From NCBI GenBank assembly GCA_002633005.1, contig NMRA01000490.1, positions 168,170-232,169 of the forward strand: DNA of 64,000 nucleotides. The letters are read 5' to 3'. The notes beneath the pieces are model-generated. The model saw only the letters and a program-made list of their open reading frames with translations, was not told the origin of the DNA and did not search any database. The translations under genes and the position numbers were made by a program. The stretch comes from Phoronis australis (Eukaryota > Animalia > Phoronida). Positions within the stretch are counted from its first letter, which is position 1; the number at the start of each line of letters is the position of its first letter. Shown in pieces: positions 11,403 to 25,052 of the stretch.

Positions 11403-13614
11403 TAGTGCTTTCATCACCTAAATGGAACCCAGTTAAGTCTCATTGATGTGTTGCAGGTGAACAGGAATTTTCCAGAAATTAACAAGGCTCATAATGTTTT
11501 TAACAGTTTTTAATTCAGTAAATTGAGTTCTAAATTCCATGAAGCACTCAATAGTTGTGTCCACCAACCGCAAGTGTACATCAAATCATCTGCATGGGAA
11601 AACTCACCGTCCACGCCAACCACTAAGTTCCTAACAGAACCCTTCTTAGAAATTTAGCAGTAAGGATAGCATTTACATTTTTCACCCACCCAACACCCTG
11701 ATGCTTTCAGCTAGTATTGCCATAATATGGCATTTCCATAACATTGCGTTTCAAATGCTGTAAATCTTTAGGTGAAGGTAATATTACCCGAGTTTCCAAA
11801 GATCTAGACAGCTAGACCTGCTAGGTGTGCAGTTATACGTGCCCTACTACAGGTAGAGTGTATGGTACACTAAAAAAGATTGCAGCTTAAGATTTGACCA
11901 GGTGTATCCTACAAGAGAAACATTGTCTCAGTTTGTGGCCAGTGGAGACAATGCTCAGCTGACAAAAAACTCCATTATTTACACCAGGGACTTAGACTGA
12001 AAAATCTGTCACTTTAAGGTTGAAAGGAAGGCTCATGACAGCCTTGATTTGCCAAAGGATATTTCTATCAGAAACTTTCAACAGAATTACATTCACTGAC
12101 TGTACAAGCACTACTGTGCACAAATGGGTTCATATCATTTAGAACAGAAACCTAATTATTTTAGGTGCCTTCATGAAAATTATCCTCATTTGAATAATGG
12201 TCATTCCTATTGTATGTGCACCATCAATCAAGGAAATAGTTATATGGATAAATCTATAATCTAGGACAATGTGACTTTACCACAATAACTGTTGCTAACC
12301 AGGTAAATGAGACACAAGGGTAACAAATATTCAGTTCCATCAAACTTTGTATTATTTATCTGAATTTCTTTTTAAAAATACCATTAATGATTGAACTTAG
12401 TAGGATTTTTTCTTAGCTTTTTCTGGCTTTAACATTTTCGTAATTTTAGGCACCATATTTTTTTCTTCATTGATGACCATGTATTCCCATGTGTTTAAGA
12501 ATAACAAGCACAAATTGTAATTTTAAGGAAATAATTTTTTATAGCCACAATTGAGGCACTTTTCATTGTTTATTTCCAACAGTTTCAAACAATTACATCA
12601 TCATCCGCTGTCATGTTTATTATAGTTGACAAAATGTATCACCTCTCCTTTATGGTCACACGAAAACCTTTTCACCTATGTGGTATAATGTTTTTGCTAC
12701 ATACGGACTGAAAAGTAACTATATTTTCAGCCAATAAATCAAAAGTAATTTATGACCATCATTCCAGACAACAGGGGTCACTACTTCACAGTCAAAGACA
12801 GTGAACACCTGGGTAAAACTAATCTTGAATGTCTTGTGGAAACAATAAAGGGTTCAGAAGAATCATGGTCCATACCATTGTACCCTACCACAAGACCAAT
12901 AGACAAGCTTGAAACATAATCATATGTGGTATAATATAGCAGCAGTGAAGGACAAATAGCACCTTTTATAACATGTCACAAGACTGACATCTTTTGGTAG
13001 GCAATGTCATTTTAACACAGAACTACACTTAAAATAGTCCACATACAAACGACACAGAGAGGAAAAACCTTGAGGGGTTGGGGAGGGCAGTAGAGAGGAA
13101 GGTGGAAGGGGGGAAGAGAGAGACAGAAAATTTGGCAATTATTTTTTAACTCACTGTCTCCAGCAATTGTTATGTCAAAAATACTGAAACTTTTGAATTT
13201 TTATACTCCTTTGAAATAGTCCTCAGCATGTACTGCACTACAATTAGAATTGATTTCTGAACAGGTGGACAAGTGACAATTCATTAGTTTTAAAGATTGT
13301 ACTAAGTCTAAGTAAGCTAAACTTATTGGGTCATAATTTTATGCACCCTAATACAACAAAGCCTGTCGGTCGAAATGGACAAACTGGCAAGATTAGGCAA
13401 ATCTTATGCTAACAGGATATGCATGCAAGTTGACATGAACTGCTTACTACAGCGTATCCATCTCATTCCTCTGCACATCAAAGGCTTGACAGCGCCATCA
13501 GGGATTGAAGTGAGCTAGTCGCTCATTCATGGGCTAATGGCTGAACTTGCTGGATGAGATAATTGCGGTTGTAAACCAACATGCAGGTTTCAAAGTCAGA
13601 AAACGAACACTACA

Positions 13615-14079
13615 AGCCCTTTCATACTGACTTAACTCCAGTCTAAGCGGAGCATCGACGTTAACTGCGAAGTTAACTAAACCGTTCATACTGGCTTCGG
13701 TAGTTAAGGAACATTGAAGTAAACGGCAGGTGGCGCTGTTGTCATCGATGTAATTACAAGGTAGCACTGCACGCTAAGATTTTTTTTTTAATGTGACAAT
13801 TTTGAAATTACATTTACATGTGCTAATTGACATAAAATTCGATTGGTGATTATTCGAGCAAAATATAAGCAACTATTAGCGACTCCATTACCCTCAAAAT
13901 TGTTGACGATAACAGTGGCACCTGGCGATATCTTCGATGGGACCGAAGTTGACCATTCATACTGCACCGCAATGTCGACGCTGCGCTGTTAAATCCACCT
14001 GTTAACTGGGATGTTAATTGGAGCTGTTAACTTCGATCCAGGACTGAAGTTAATGCGTTCATACTGACTGCAACTTTCG
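13615..14079 (+). mobile_element. Harbinger-like MITE (main part), apparently interrupted by the 14080-14585 element
   Basis: Starts agcccttttcatactga. TTCATACTG repeats at 13621, 13685, 13956 and 14058. Internal inverted repeat caggtggcgctgttgtc / gataacagtggcacctg. A degenerate candidate right end (tagtataatgaaaggct) lies at ~14608-14624. A diverged inverted copy lies at 51106-51262. Confidence 0.55.
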
Positions 14080-14585
14080 CATGATGGCTTTCTGTCGTTC
14101 AGCAACTTTTCCAGACGTGAGGGGTTCTGAACGTGCGATAACATCTGGCTCCTTTGTCCTTTGTTAACTGCCCAGCACAGTCTTATGTCCTGTATGACAA
14201 GCAGGCCAATTTCTCCCAGGTTTCAAAGGGTTACTGAAACCTGGCAGAATGAATTGTCTTAACTACTGTTATAGTTGGGTGATTTTGGCGATTCAAAAAC
14301 TAAACATGATCAGCAATTGACAAGGAATTCAGAAAATTAATGATATTGGTTTATGTTCAAATATGTTATAACTTAACTTTGATTTTTAGCAGCACAGCTC
14401 AGTCAGCCTAGATATGATCTGATCGGAGATTAGAGCAATTATCGAACAAAACAGAGCCGGCCCTCCAACCATAAATGCCAGAATGGCGTTAATCGGTCGC
14501 GTAAGATATTGGCTACAGGGGTGATCTTCCCAACTTGTTGTTGGGTTATCGAACAAGTTGGGAGCAACAGGAAAACTCTGTAATG
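14080..14585 (+). mobile_element. ~510-bp dispersed repeat with imperfect terminal inverted repeats and a subterminal hairpin (family B, copy 1)
   Basis: Reverse-complement homology along its length with 28699-29233. Hairpin cccaacttgtt-N12-aacaagttggg at ~14529-14562. Confidence 0.8.
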
Positions 14586-16435
14586 GAAACCATCGACGCA
14601 TCCACGTTAGTATAATGAAAGGCTCTAATGGCAAACAACCAACATGACTGTTGTCTCATGGATTGGAAGTAAAACTGGTAGTGATGACGTGATTCCCACA
14701 AATTAGTCTGTCTTAAACAAAAATTTTTTAGATTTTTGAGGGTAAATTTTGATACTCAATTGGATAGTAACAATGACGCATAAGAACTTCACTACAAGAG
14801 TGACTGTTAAGTTGTTTCGTATACAATGAAAATGGTCTTTACAAAAACACACTTAAGAACTCATATTGAAAGAGTTCATGAACAATCATATTTTATCAGA
14901 ACTCATGCTCTAAATTTGCTAGTTCATTCGACGGTTTTTTTAAAATAAGAATTCTGTTCAAAGTTTTGTTCACGACAAACCTTATGTATTTTGAATATAT
15001 GACTTTTGTCAATTAAATGTGTAAATTGTTCAATCTGCTTCTTACAGGATTTTGTTCAGATACAACATTTCAATATAAACAGGCTTTACCAGCTTTTAGA
15101 CCAACCCCTTCAAAAATGGAAAAAGACAAATAGTCCTGACTGCCATATTTAAGGTGACTCATATTTCCACAATCATGTGATTTTTTTAAATGTTGACACA
15201 AAAAATTCACTGCCATTTTGCATATGCAAACAAGCGTCATTTCAACTATACAAAACGTATTTCACTAATAGTAGCAGAAATCAGGATATGAATATGGTGA
15301 CAAGTTAATCAAGAAGATTGTAGAGCACAATAAGCTAAGTATGGTATAATCTCATCAGTTTGGGACAAAACTGTTGAGAGCAGCCAGGTTTTGAAAATAT
15401 TGTCTGCTGGTGGCTGCAGGCCTGGTATTGAAATTGAACATGACAGGGCATTGTGTTGGTTCCATATATCTTTTATGAAGATGAGAAAAAAATTTCACGT
15501 GAGTGCCTGCTTGTCTACTGCCATCCTGTGTCCTAAATTGGTCATATTTTACTGAAGCAATAGCCACTTCTACTAGAATACTACATCACCTTCTCCGATT
15601 CTTTGGTACTTACCCATCTGAAGCTCATTTAAGTTTGTACTTTAATTTTTTCACTCATTTTCACTTCAAATTTCCTTGTATAAAATGTCCGACTATTTTA
15701 AGTACACCAGCTATATAACTGGTAGTTGAGTGGCTAGACTCCTAACTAGCTGCCTTAAAACATCAATACAATGAAGCTGTGTCCATGGGGCATTCATGCT
15801 GGCCACCTGAGTTCTCTTGAGATCTGATCGCTCACCATTCAGTTGTTTAACAGAATCAAATCAAATCAATTGTTACTGCACAACACTAACATTTTCAGGA
15901 CGGCCAAACGATTAATCACATAATCTGTGACCTTCACATTAAAAATCTGTATTTTGCAAGTGAAAACTTGTACAACTTCCAAAGTTTTCAGAAAATGGAT
16001 GGGCATGAACTGTCTTACAACATCTGTTGTGGCGCTTTTTATTGCCCATCTTACCAGAGATTACCTATTATACGTTATTTACCTGTATTCATTTTATTGT
16101 AATTGTACTAGTCATAATAAATGACCTTATATCACCTACATCAGTCTCCTTTTCATCTCTGGTAACGAGCTTGCGACGCACGTATCATTTATCTATTATC
16201 CGGGACATATGTCGATCATAAAACTCATATTTCAAATCATGTTTAACTAGAACGCTACATTACTATTAACACAGCTGGTCACATTCATCTTCTTTTGTTT
16301 TGCTGCCTAATCCCATTACCATGGCCCTAAAATCCTGATCTATGCCGATCCTGTAGGCGGCCATGTTCTCAGTGATGAAACCAGCGTGACACAAAGCATT
16401 GAACTTTTGTCCCCGTTTTCTAACTATATTCCAAT

Positions 16436-16819
16436 AGGGTCGTCCCGGATTACACAGCAACACTGGAGTCTCGCTGTATTTACCCACTAATGCTGTTAAC
16501 ATTCGTCAGGGACATTTGTTGCCTCGTTTTCGTGCCACTGCAGTTTCACATGTTACTTGTTGTTTGATTCTTAGCAAGTTTTTCTTGGTTCCATTACTCA
16601 ATTCATCCTTCCAATGCCAATGAAGTATCACTGCTGTGCTGTGGGCTGCAATTCCGACTTGAAAAAGTTTGATAAACTGGGTAAATACCCTGAAATTCTT
16701 CGCCTTCCCGAAATCATTGAGAGATACGAAAATGTGCCTGATTTCCAAAACTTGGTCACGCGCTTTCTTATCTCCAGGTCAAGGGAGAGTTCTATCGTCG
16801 TGTAATCTGAGATGGCCCT
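16436..16819 (+). mobile_element. Non-autonomous ISL2EU-like (PIF/Harbinger-related) element with a THAP-domain remnant
   Basis: at|agggtcgtcccggattacac ... gtgtaatctgagatggccct|at gives 20-bp imperfect TIRs and AT flanks. ORF 16614 begins MPMKYHCCAVGCNSD, the THAP N-terminal C-x4-C pattern. The FFAFP motif is in-frame in the copy at 1522-1699. Confidence 0.7.
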
Positions 16820-17758
16820 ATTCCTTGGAATAGTTGCCTCAGAAATTTCTCTCTTAAGACATCTTAATTTGAGAGCTTAGACCAGCGGGGTGCATGCAAA
16901 ATGTGGAGACTCACCCGTCATTTTCCTGCGTAATTCTCGGCCTTTTGCAACAAAGGAAGATATGTCATCGTTTTGAAAACAATACGCTTGTGATACGCAC
17001 ACGTGCCATCTAAATTTTTGTGACATTCTCTCAGGAAATGATGACAGCTTTGTAGCAGCAAAATTTGTTCTGAAATTCGGTTTTGTAGTATCAAAATTCT
17101 TAAGTTATAATGAAGTGAAACCAGTTCCGATAATTTGCTGTGTGTGACGTATACGCAACCTCGGGAAAGAATAACATTTGACTGAAAAATCGGCAAAAAA
17201 AGAAACTGGTCAAGAGGTGATGCAACATTTCATAGCGCTGAAAGCCAACCCAAAAAATTGCTCAATTTTAGCAGCAGAATAACGGTAGAATGTCAATTTT
17301 CCAACACCGGTAAATAATTTTGCAAGAACGTAGTATACAACTTCGCTCCAAGGCTAGTGGCCAGCGTTCCCCCACCATAACCCGGGGATAGAGGGAACCC
17401 CTGCCCAATTTTTTATAGGTCAACATATAGCAAAAAGACTTGCAAATGTTTTTGCTATATGACCTTGGAATGTTGATCATTTGTTTTTTTCTTAAGGCAA
17501 ACATCTTTTCTTATAGTACATTACGAAAAGGACCTGTGCATACCAGTGAGTTCGGTCCGTATAACTGTGTATAACTGTTTTATCAATTGTTGGGGTTGGG
17601 AAAAGAAAATGTGACATAATTTTTTAAAATGGCTAAAAGTTTTCAGATGCTTTAGCCATTTTGACTGATACCTTTAAAGTCTAGCGCAAGCCTAGTACTG
17701 ATATTATCCAACCAAAGTTGTTTTTTCACCATTGAAATGAGTCAATTCCTGCAGTGGT

Positions 17759-17830
17759 GGGTATTGAAATGGGCCATTCTTCTGAGTCGGGTATTGCAAT
17801 GCGTCTCTCTTCTGAGTCAGGTATTGAAAA
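17759..17830. repeat. 30-bp tandem repeat, ~2.3 copies
   Basis: ggtattg(a/c)aatg...tcttctgagtc repeats with period 30. Confidence 0.8.
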
Positions 17831-20800
17831 GAGTTCTAGACATATTGTACAATATACAAGCAGCTTTTTCACGATTGTACTGAAATGGATGCACCGAATC
17901 TTAACCCATTTTTATGAAGACCAGCCTGGTCTTACACAATTGCAATAATTAGTGGAACTCAGAAGCCAGTTCAACAACATTTAATTAAGATCATTTATTT
18001 GTTCAGCCCATTTCTGTCCAACTGGAAATTTTGCTTTCTTGACACATTAACTTTCAGATGATTTTCTGAAGAGAAATAAATGCTCCAAATCCTTAGCACT
18101 TTTAAATCCCGTATTTAATGATTTTCAGGCCCTTGAAGTATGTAGAATGGAGGTACAACCCAACATTTTTTAGCAATAGAGTAGATAACATTACAGCAAC
18201 TATCCAAGCATGGCTAATGCATGAAACGAAAGCATGAAACCAAACCTGGTCCCATGGGCAGATTATATGAGCAACATAAATCTTGTGGCCAAGACTAAGT
18301 GTGCTGGCGGCGGTGGTGGTGGTGGCGGCGTATTAATCATTCACAAAATTGATCAGTTCTTTTCCAAACTACAAGCATTAGTATTTTTTCACAGCGCCTT
18401 CCAGAGCAGGACGTTGTTGAGGAGTTACTATATCTCTAATTGTGAGACATAAGGATGATGACTGACTTGTGATAATCCGAGTAGAGAGTAGGAACTGTGA
18501 CCATCTTTGTAGACTACGAAGACCTGTTCCTCTGTTACATGATTTGACCCTTCTGGCCATGTTCTGTCGTTGAAAGCTTTGTCACTGAAGTACAAGAATG
18601 AGGGAGAATGGGTGTGCAGCACCATCACATTACAGTGTACCTGGAGTTCTGTCCATAGACTTTGTTGATTATTTTATGGCTTGACTCTGTGTCTTCAACC
18701 AGCTACTTTAAAAGGTGCTCTAACTACTGCCACCAACCATAACCAAAACAACAACGAAAAAGTGCCTGGGTTTTTTCATGGAATCTGCAGGAAGAAGGGT
18801 GATACTGGAAACCCCAAACACCAATGTGTCTCAAGGTGCTCCTTAAAATCATGAGCTCGGCAAGAAAAACGGCAAAATTTGGGGGTCACATGTTGTGCCC
18901 TGGATGTCACTAGGAACGTTCTAAGAGATTTGATGGTTGTTCTCATCATACATAACTTGATGCATGCATCACAGGTGCAGAGCTGGCGAGAGCCTGACGA
19001 TGAAGCACTTCAAGTGGTCGATGTGACTCCTAAAATCATAGAGGTACTCACTGTCTAAGTTATATAGTTCATTGGAAAGTTACAGCGACAAATGTTTTCA
19101 CCCCAAGTTCAAATGGTGACCTAATGACTACTACTATTCATAATACAATTTCTGTCATGATAGACCAGCCGATAAGACTAAGGGACTGATCAAACTATAG
19201 ATCTATAATGATCTAATTAGAGTAGAAGATGTTGGACATGAGTTTGGCAAATAATAAGGCATCTGAACGACAAAAACTGAGCATGCATTCCAGGGACCTT
19301 ACTGGTAGCCACCCATATATTAATAATGTGATAACCTAGTATATATACATAAAACCTTGCAATTCAGAAACAGTTACAAAGGTGTCTTCAGTGTTTTCCT
19401 GAAGGATATTGAGTCAAGCTTCTTAAACCTCCCTCACCCCTCTGGCCCCACCTTTGGTAAATACAAAAATGCCAAAGCAATGAAGAAAGGGATGTCACAT
19501 CCTTTTCTTCAACTCTTTGGCATTTTCCTGTACCTTTTTCCCTTTAGGCGTCAGCTGCTGTCTAAAGCATTTGTTTTTTTTTAAGTCTAAGCGTCCTATT
19601 GAGATCAATTAAAAATGCTTTTCCACTTCTTTTTACTTAAAAACTTCACCGTGGATTTCTCGAGCAAAATCTGAAATATAGGGTTAACTAATAATTTAAC
19701 TCTGTTATCAACACACTTCTTTCTCCACCATGAACAAAATTGCCAGCAACTTCCAAAAAGGCTAGATCTTGTACATACTGCAGTGTGCAAGCCAAGGTGC
19801 ATTTGGTTGCATTGATCACTCAAGTTGTATACCAACATTCCTGTGTAGGTACCATCTCAATATTTACACCATTGTGTGGTAGGCCTCTCAAGTGGGTTTA
19901 CTGGCAATTTTGACCGCAAACCAATCTAGTTATTCCCAAGTGATAATCTTTCCACACATAATCAAAACACTTTCAAAATAACCAGATAAACATGCCATTT
20001 TCAAAATACTTATTTATTTTCTGGGGTTGCTTCACAGTGGACTTCAATTTGGAAGGTCATGTGTGGCCAGGGCCATGTCTGGCTCAGTAAGCGCCATCTA
20101 TGGGTTAGCACCTGTACCCAATTTATTGAAATTTTCAGGTTTAAGCGCTCACCACCCAATTTCCAGGATGGCCAATTTAAGCGCTCAGGGCGTTAAATCT
20201 GAATGTTTGTAACTCTATGGTTACGAATGGAAGGAAATTCCTTCAGGAAACATAAGTGATTTGGTTCTAAACGATTTGCTACTGCAAACTGTACAAAGCA
20301 CTTGGAGCCAATTATGTGTAAAATTGTGCAAAAGCACAAATGTGAAGCCGTGAATGCATGTAAATACTGCAAAACCACATGTCATTTCCAGAGGTTTCTT
20401 ACGCTGTGTGGGAAAAATATTGTTTAATGGTAGCGATGGTACAGGACTAATGAAAATAGTAAAGCAATGATTCGATGATGCATTTTATTACAAATTTTAT
20501 ATAAGAAAATAACATTTGACTTGTAAGCCATATTCTGTCCAGAATTGCTGCTCTTTTTACCACAAATGCATAGTCAACTTCTATAGTTCCCTCTGCATTA
20601 ACTTCAAAAATGCCAAAACTAATTTCGCAAACAAACAAATTTATCAGATGCCAACAACCAGTGTTTTGGCAGTGATGAAACAAGCACAATTGTTTTGATA
20701 ATTACGTCACTAAAATCACAGGATCAATCTGTACTACCCTCAGGCCGCTTCAAACAACCAGGTTCTTTCTGGAAACTTCATGTCAGATTACCAAGAAATG

Positions 20801-23800
20801 CTCATAAATGTCAAAATGGAGTGCTCTGAAACTAACTTGAGAATTCTCGCCAAGAACATACAAATATTGAAGTAGCAGAGACCACTTTTTAATGCAATTG
20901 TTGTCATTAATATGGGGAAAATTATCACTTGAAGATACCTGCCACGAGCTGACTTCATCAACTGCTACAGTAACTACATCAAGTCGTCCAGGATAATGCT
21001 GGCCTTTATCCAGGATTTCGAAAATAGGGTGTCCAAAATGGGGTTCCCAATATTCCAGGGCGTCCATGATTCTGACGCGTAACCCCCACCCCCAGGACCG
21101 TTCACCAGCAACCCCTTCCACACTCGGAGCTTTTTACATTAATACCTTCAGTGCATAAAGGTCTGCATCCTTATTAAGTTAAACTAAGGGGACAAATGCA
21201 TCTCATAAAACCAGGTAACTTAGTGAAAACAATGAAGGTCACACTATTAGTGTGAGAGTATGCATGCAAGATTTAAGCTTCAAGTTCTATTCACCATTTA
21301 ATCCTTCCTTGTGGTCAAGTCACTAAAGCTGACTTGAACCTGTGCATTCTGTCAAAAACATGTTGATTTATGCCACGTACCATAATTGATCTCAAAATTT
21401 TTCTTAGTCAAAGTAGAGGCGATTAATGAGTTAGAACAGAACTGACACTCGATTATTTCTTGAGGCCAAGCTCACAAAACTTCACATACCATGACCTAAA
21501 ATTTTGTGAAACTGGTATGAAAAAATTAAGAATTTGTTAGTTCTTTCTGAGTGCAGAGACCATTTCCTAACTGAATAAGAAACAAGACAAGACCAGTTAA
21601 AATAACTGATCTTTATCAAACCCTGGATTTTTTGACAGAGTGCACAAGTTTAATGCCACTTTAATGCCCCATTATACAGTACAACTTTTAAAATGCATTG
21701 TTTTGATGTTTTGGATGGAACCTTTCGCTTGTTATACAGAGAGTTAGCATTCCAATTACACTAGGTACAATCCAAACTAAATGGAGTTAATAAAAAGTGC
21801 ATGACTTCGGACAGGTAAATGTGCCATCTTTCCCATAATTATTACCTAATATTAGGAATTTCTAAAATTTTGTACAAGGTCTTTCCTTGAGGAAAAAACT
21901 TAATTGTCCGAAATTAAAGAATTTTTAACCTATGGTATTCCAATTTTGATATCAGCTTGACCAAATTAGCACTGCACGAGTCGTTTTCATCAAATATTGA
22001 TTTGGGACTTGTTGCAAATGAAAGCATTGAGCGACAGCAAAGTGTTTCAATCATTTCTATTCAGTAATAGAAAATCTATAACAACATTTCTTCAGTAGTT
22101 TGGAAAACAAATACTCTATAAAATTCTAACCTGCACGCGTGGGGATGTTCTGAGTTCTGAGCGCATAGCAATCTTTGGTGATGGTGTATCTTCTATAAAC
22201 GTTTTCAAAGTGGGAACAATCGCCACTCAGTTGAAACCCTTACTGAATTCCAGGACATGCTACGTTGACATGGATATGTAGATGTGTAGATGTCAAAGGG
22301 TGATATATAAAGCAACACTGCAAGCTATCAGTCATGGAAGTAGTATTTTCCAACCAGGATATTGTCTCCAAAAATCTCAGCTATCAAAAGCCTATGGAAA
22401 ATATTCCCAGTGTGCAAGGCAGCAGTTGAATAATTTTGCTGTCTAAGTGATAAATATTAATCGCTTCATTTGTTAATGGATTCTTCCTTAATGAACAGCC
22501 TTTGTGAATATAAATTTTTAACTCGCATCCTTGTCGCTAAACATTTGGAACAATGAAGTCAAGTTACTGCATTTATGTATATCAAACGATGGTGTAATGG
22601 CTTGCTGTTGAGTCAAGCACTTTGTTAGGCTGGACTTGGATGTGCTAGTTCCACTAAGTTTATTACAACACTAGGAGTTTTCACCACTTGAGACTTGTGT
22701 ATACTGCTTGGATTCAACAATTGTCCAGAGATGTATGCCAACCATGACCCCATGTGGTTAGGACCACCTCTGAAAGAGAAGTTTGTCAGGGTAAGGAACA
22801 AACTATTCCGAGTGCCACAAGGATGCATAAGTGAGTACTGTTGATATTTGTATTATTGCCCACCATTCTGCTACCTGTACTGGTGGTTGTAAGCTCCAAA
22901 CCACTGCACTTTACAAATGGAAAGTGACATAGGCGAATTAACTGGGCAATAAGCACATACTTAACTGGCCTGTAATAGCTGACTTTCGAAATAGCGGCAC
23001 TATATTGAAATTCACTATCCCGCCAGACGTCGATTGCATCTTTGCATGGTAGACAGGCGTTGAGCGCCACTTCCTATGTAATGCAGATTGAAGGTTTCAA
23101 CCTTAACAACATTACTGGCAAGTTTTGACTGATGTGCAGTGAGAAATCACAATTAACTTCTCGAAATAGACAACGGATATCACGTCCCAAACATTGCACG
23201 CTGCGATAAAGAATCCGCAGCTAGTGGCTACAATTGCTAAAGCGGTATAATCTCCATCCCTGGCAATGCTAAGTGAACTTAACCTAATCAAACGATGGGA
23301 AGGGTCGACAATGAGATTTAGTCACCTGTTCACCAATTTATGAACCACTATACGTAGCAGCGAATTTCTGTCCACCAAATTTGAATCGGGATCAAGAAGA
23401 ATCGTTTTCTCACTCTGAATACTCTACAGAGCAACAATATGAAAAGTCGCCTGTTGAGTTTGTGTATCCTGCTGAGGGTCCCTCATTTAATTATATAATT
23501 CAGATGATTTAATAGAAGGGACAACTTTTTGCTCTGAAATCGTTATTTTCAAATTGTTTTTAATTCATTGAGAAACATGTACCTTACTTTTTGATTTTGG
23601 ACACTTTTAGCCTGATGACGTATGTATGGAAAAGTTGCATGGAGGGAGTACGAATTTATTTCACTTTTTTACTCTTGAAGTCTTCTTGAATTCCAAAATT
23701 TCTATAAATTAGTTTGAAAGCATGTTTTTACAGCCTTTCTTCTCACATGGATTACTCAGCAAGGATGAGAGTGTAGTCTCTGTAATGCCTTTATCTCTGT

Positions 23801-24811
23801 AGCAACCTGAATTACGTCTAGATTAAGCTGAGCACTGCTTACCATGACAATAGTTAATGGCTTTCTAATGCTGAGGGTGTAATGTACCATCAATAATAAG
23901 GTGTTTGTAATTTGCTTTGAAAATTACCTGCATTATGAGGCAATGATTGGTTGGGAGGGTACAGAAAAGAAATTCTTTTAAAAACACTTGAAAATAGAGC
24001 CTTTTCCATGTATTTTGAAACCCCAGAAATATTTCAGGAATATATACACAGGATTAATTACACAAACAATGGTTCCCGTAGGATTCGAGAACAACAGAAA
24101 GTTATGTTGCTCCTATTGGCAGACACTGACACTACACAAACACAAGGCATACGCCAGAACCAGGGGTTTTATCATACAGATAACAATCGTAATTGTAACT
24201 GAATCAACAAATCATGTAGGTCGTGAATAATTTACCCCAATATCAATTCAGCAAAATTTGCGTACCTAATGCAGAAAATTTCCTAGTAAAGCTTTGTTTG
24301 AAAAATACATGGGATTATTTCTACCAGTTTCCAGACAGGAACGCCATTAGTATTGCCACCCTTGAAGCAAAATGACCTTGGTGCTCTTTTAGAGACTATA
24401 AACTGTACATGAGTATGCTAAATCAGAAATTCTCTAATTAAGTCAGTCTCTACAAGTGCTTTCTCATGAGGGGAACTTCGGTTTACCGAAGCTTCACCAA
24501 CATCAGCTTAGCGTATTTGAGTTGTGCGACTGTAGTGCACTGGTGATGACTATCAACAGCCAATCAGTTAAAAATGTCAGTCTATGATAAATTTCGAGCT
24601 TAAATGCACAAATTTTCAATGAAATTTGCATCATAAGTAGCATGCGATGACTGCGAAATGTGAAAGGTGTTTATCTAAGTTCGTACTTTCAAGGTGGTGA
24701 AGTTCATTTCTTAGCCGTCTATTGATCAAGGTTTGTTTTTTAATGTGAAAGACAAATTTTTATTGAATATCGTGTATATTTGCCAATTTCAGAAAATAAA
24801 GAACAAAATAG

Positions 24812-25052
24812 CATGGTAAAAATTCTTTAATTTGGGATGGAAGTAATTTCTAAAATTGCCATATTTCTGTTTCACAGGCTTACCACTTTGTTACAAATGC
24901 TCAAAATTTTACCAAGTATTTGGAAATAGCTACACCATACAAATCACGGTAAAAGCAAAGTAAGATTTCCTGAAAAGTTATTTTTGTTGAGAATTTGACA
25001 AAATTAAATTTCACCTCTCTGCCATATTCTGTCGAAAACTGAAGACTTTAGC
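24812..25052. mobile_element. MITE-like dispersed repeat, family A (near full length)
   Basis: Starts catggtaaaaattctttaatttggga, similar to the TIR at 7696; homologous to 1-116, 2501-2705 and 54683-54897. Confidence 0.6.

Noticed and set aside
14386-14634. Similar peptides here and at 28703-28903 as paralogous genes
   Set aside because: They reflect two copies of the non-coding family B repeat, and the reading frames are not conserved throughout.
18234-18452. Poly-glycine ORF
   Set aside because: It is a (GGY)n low-complexity tract within a probable repeat, with no coding support.
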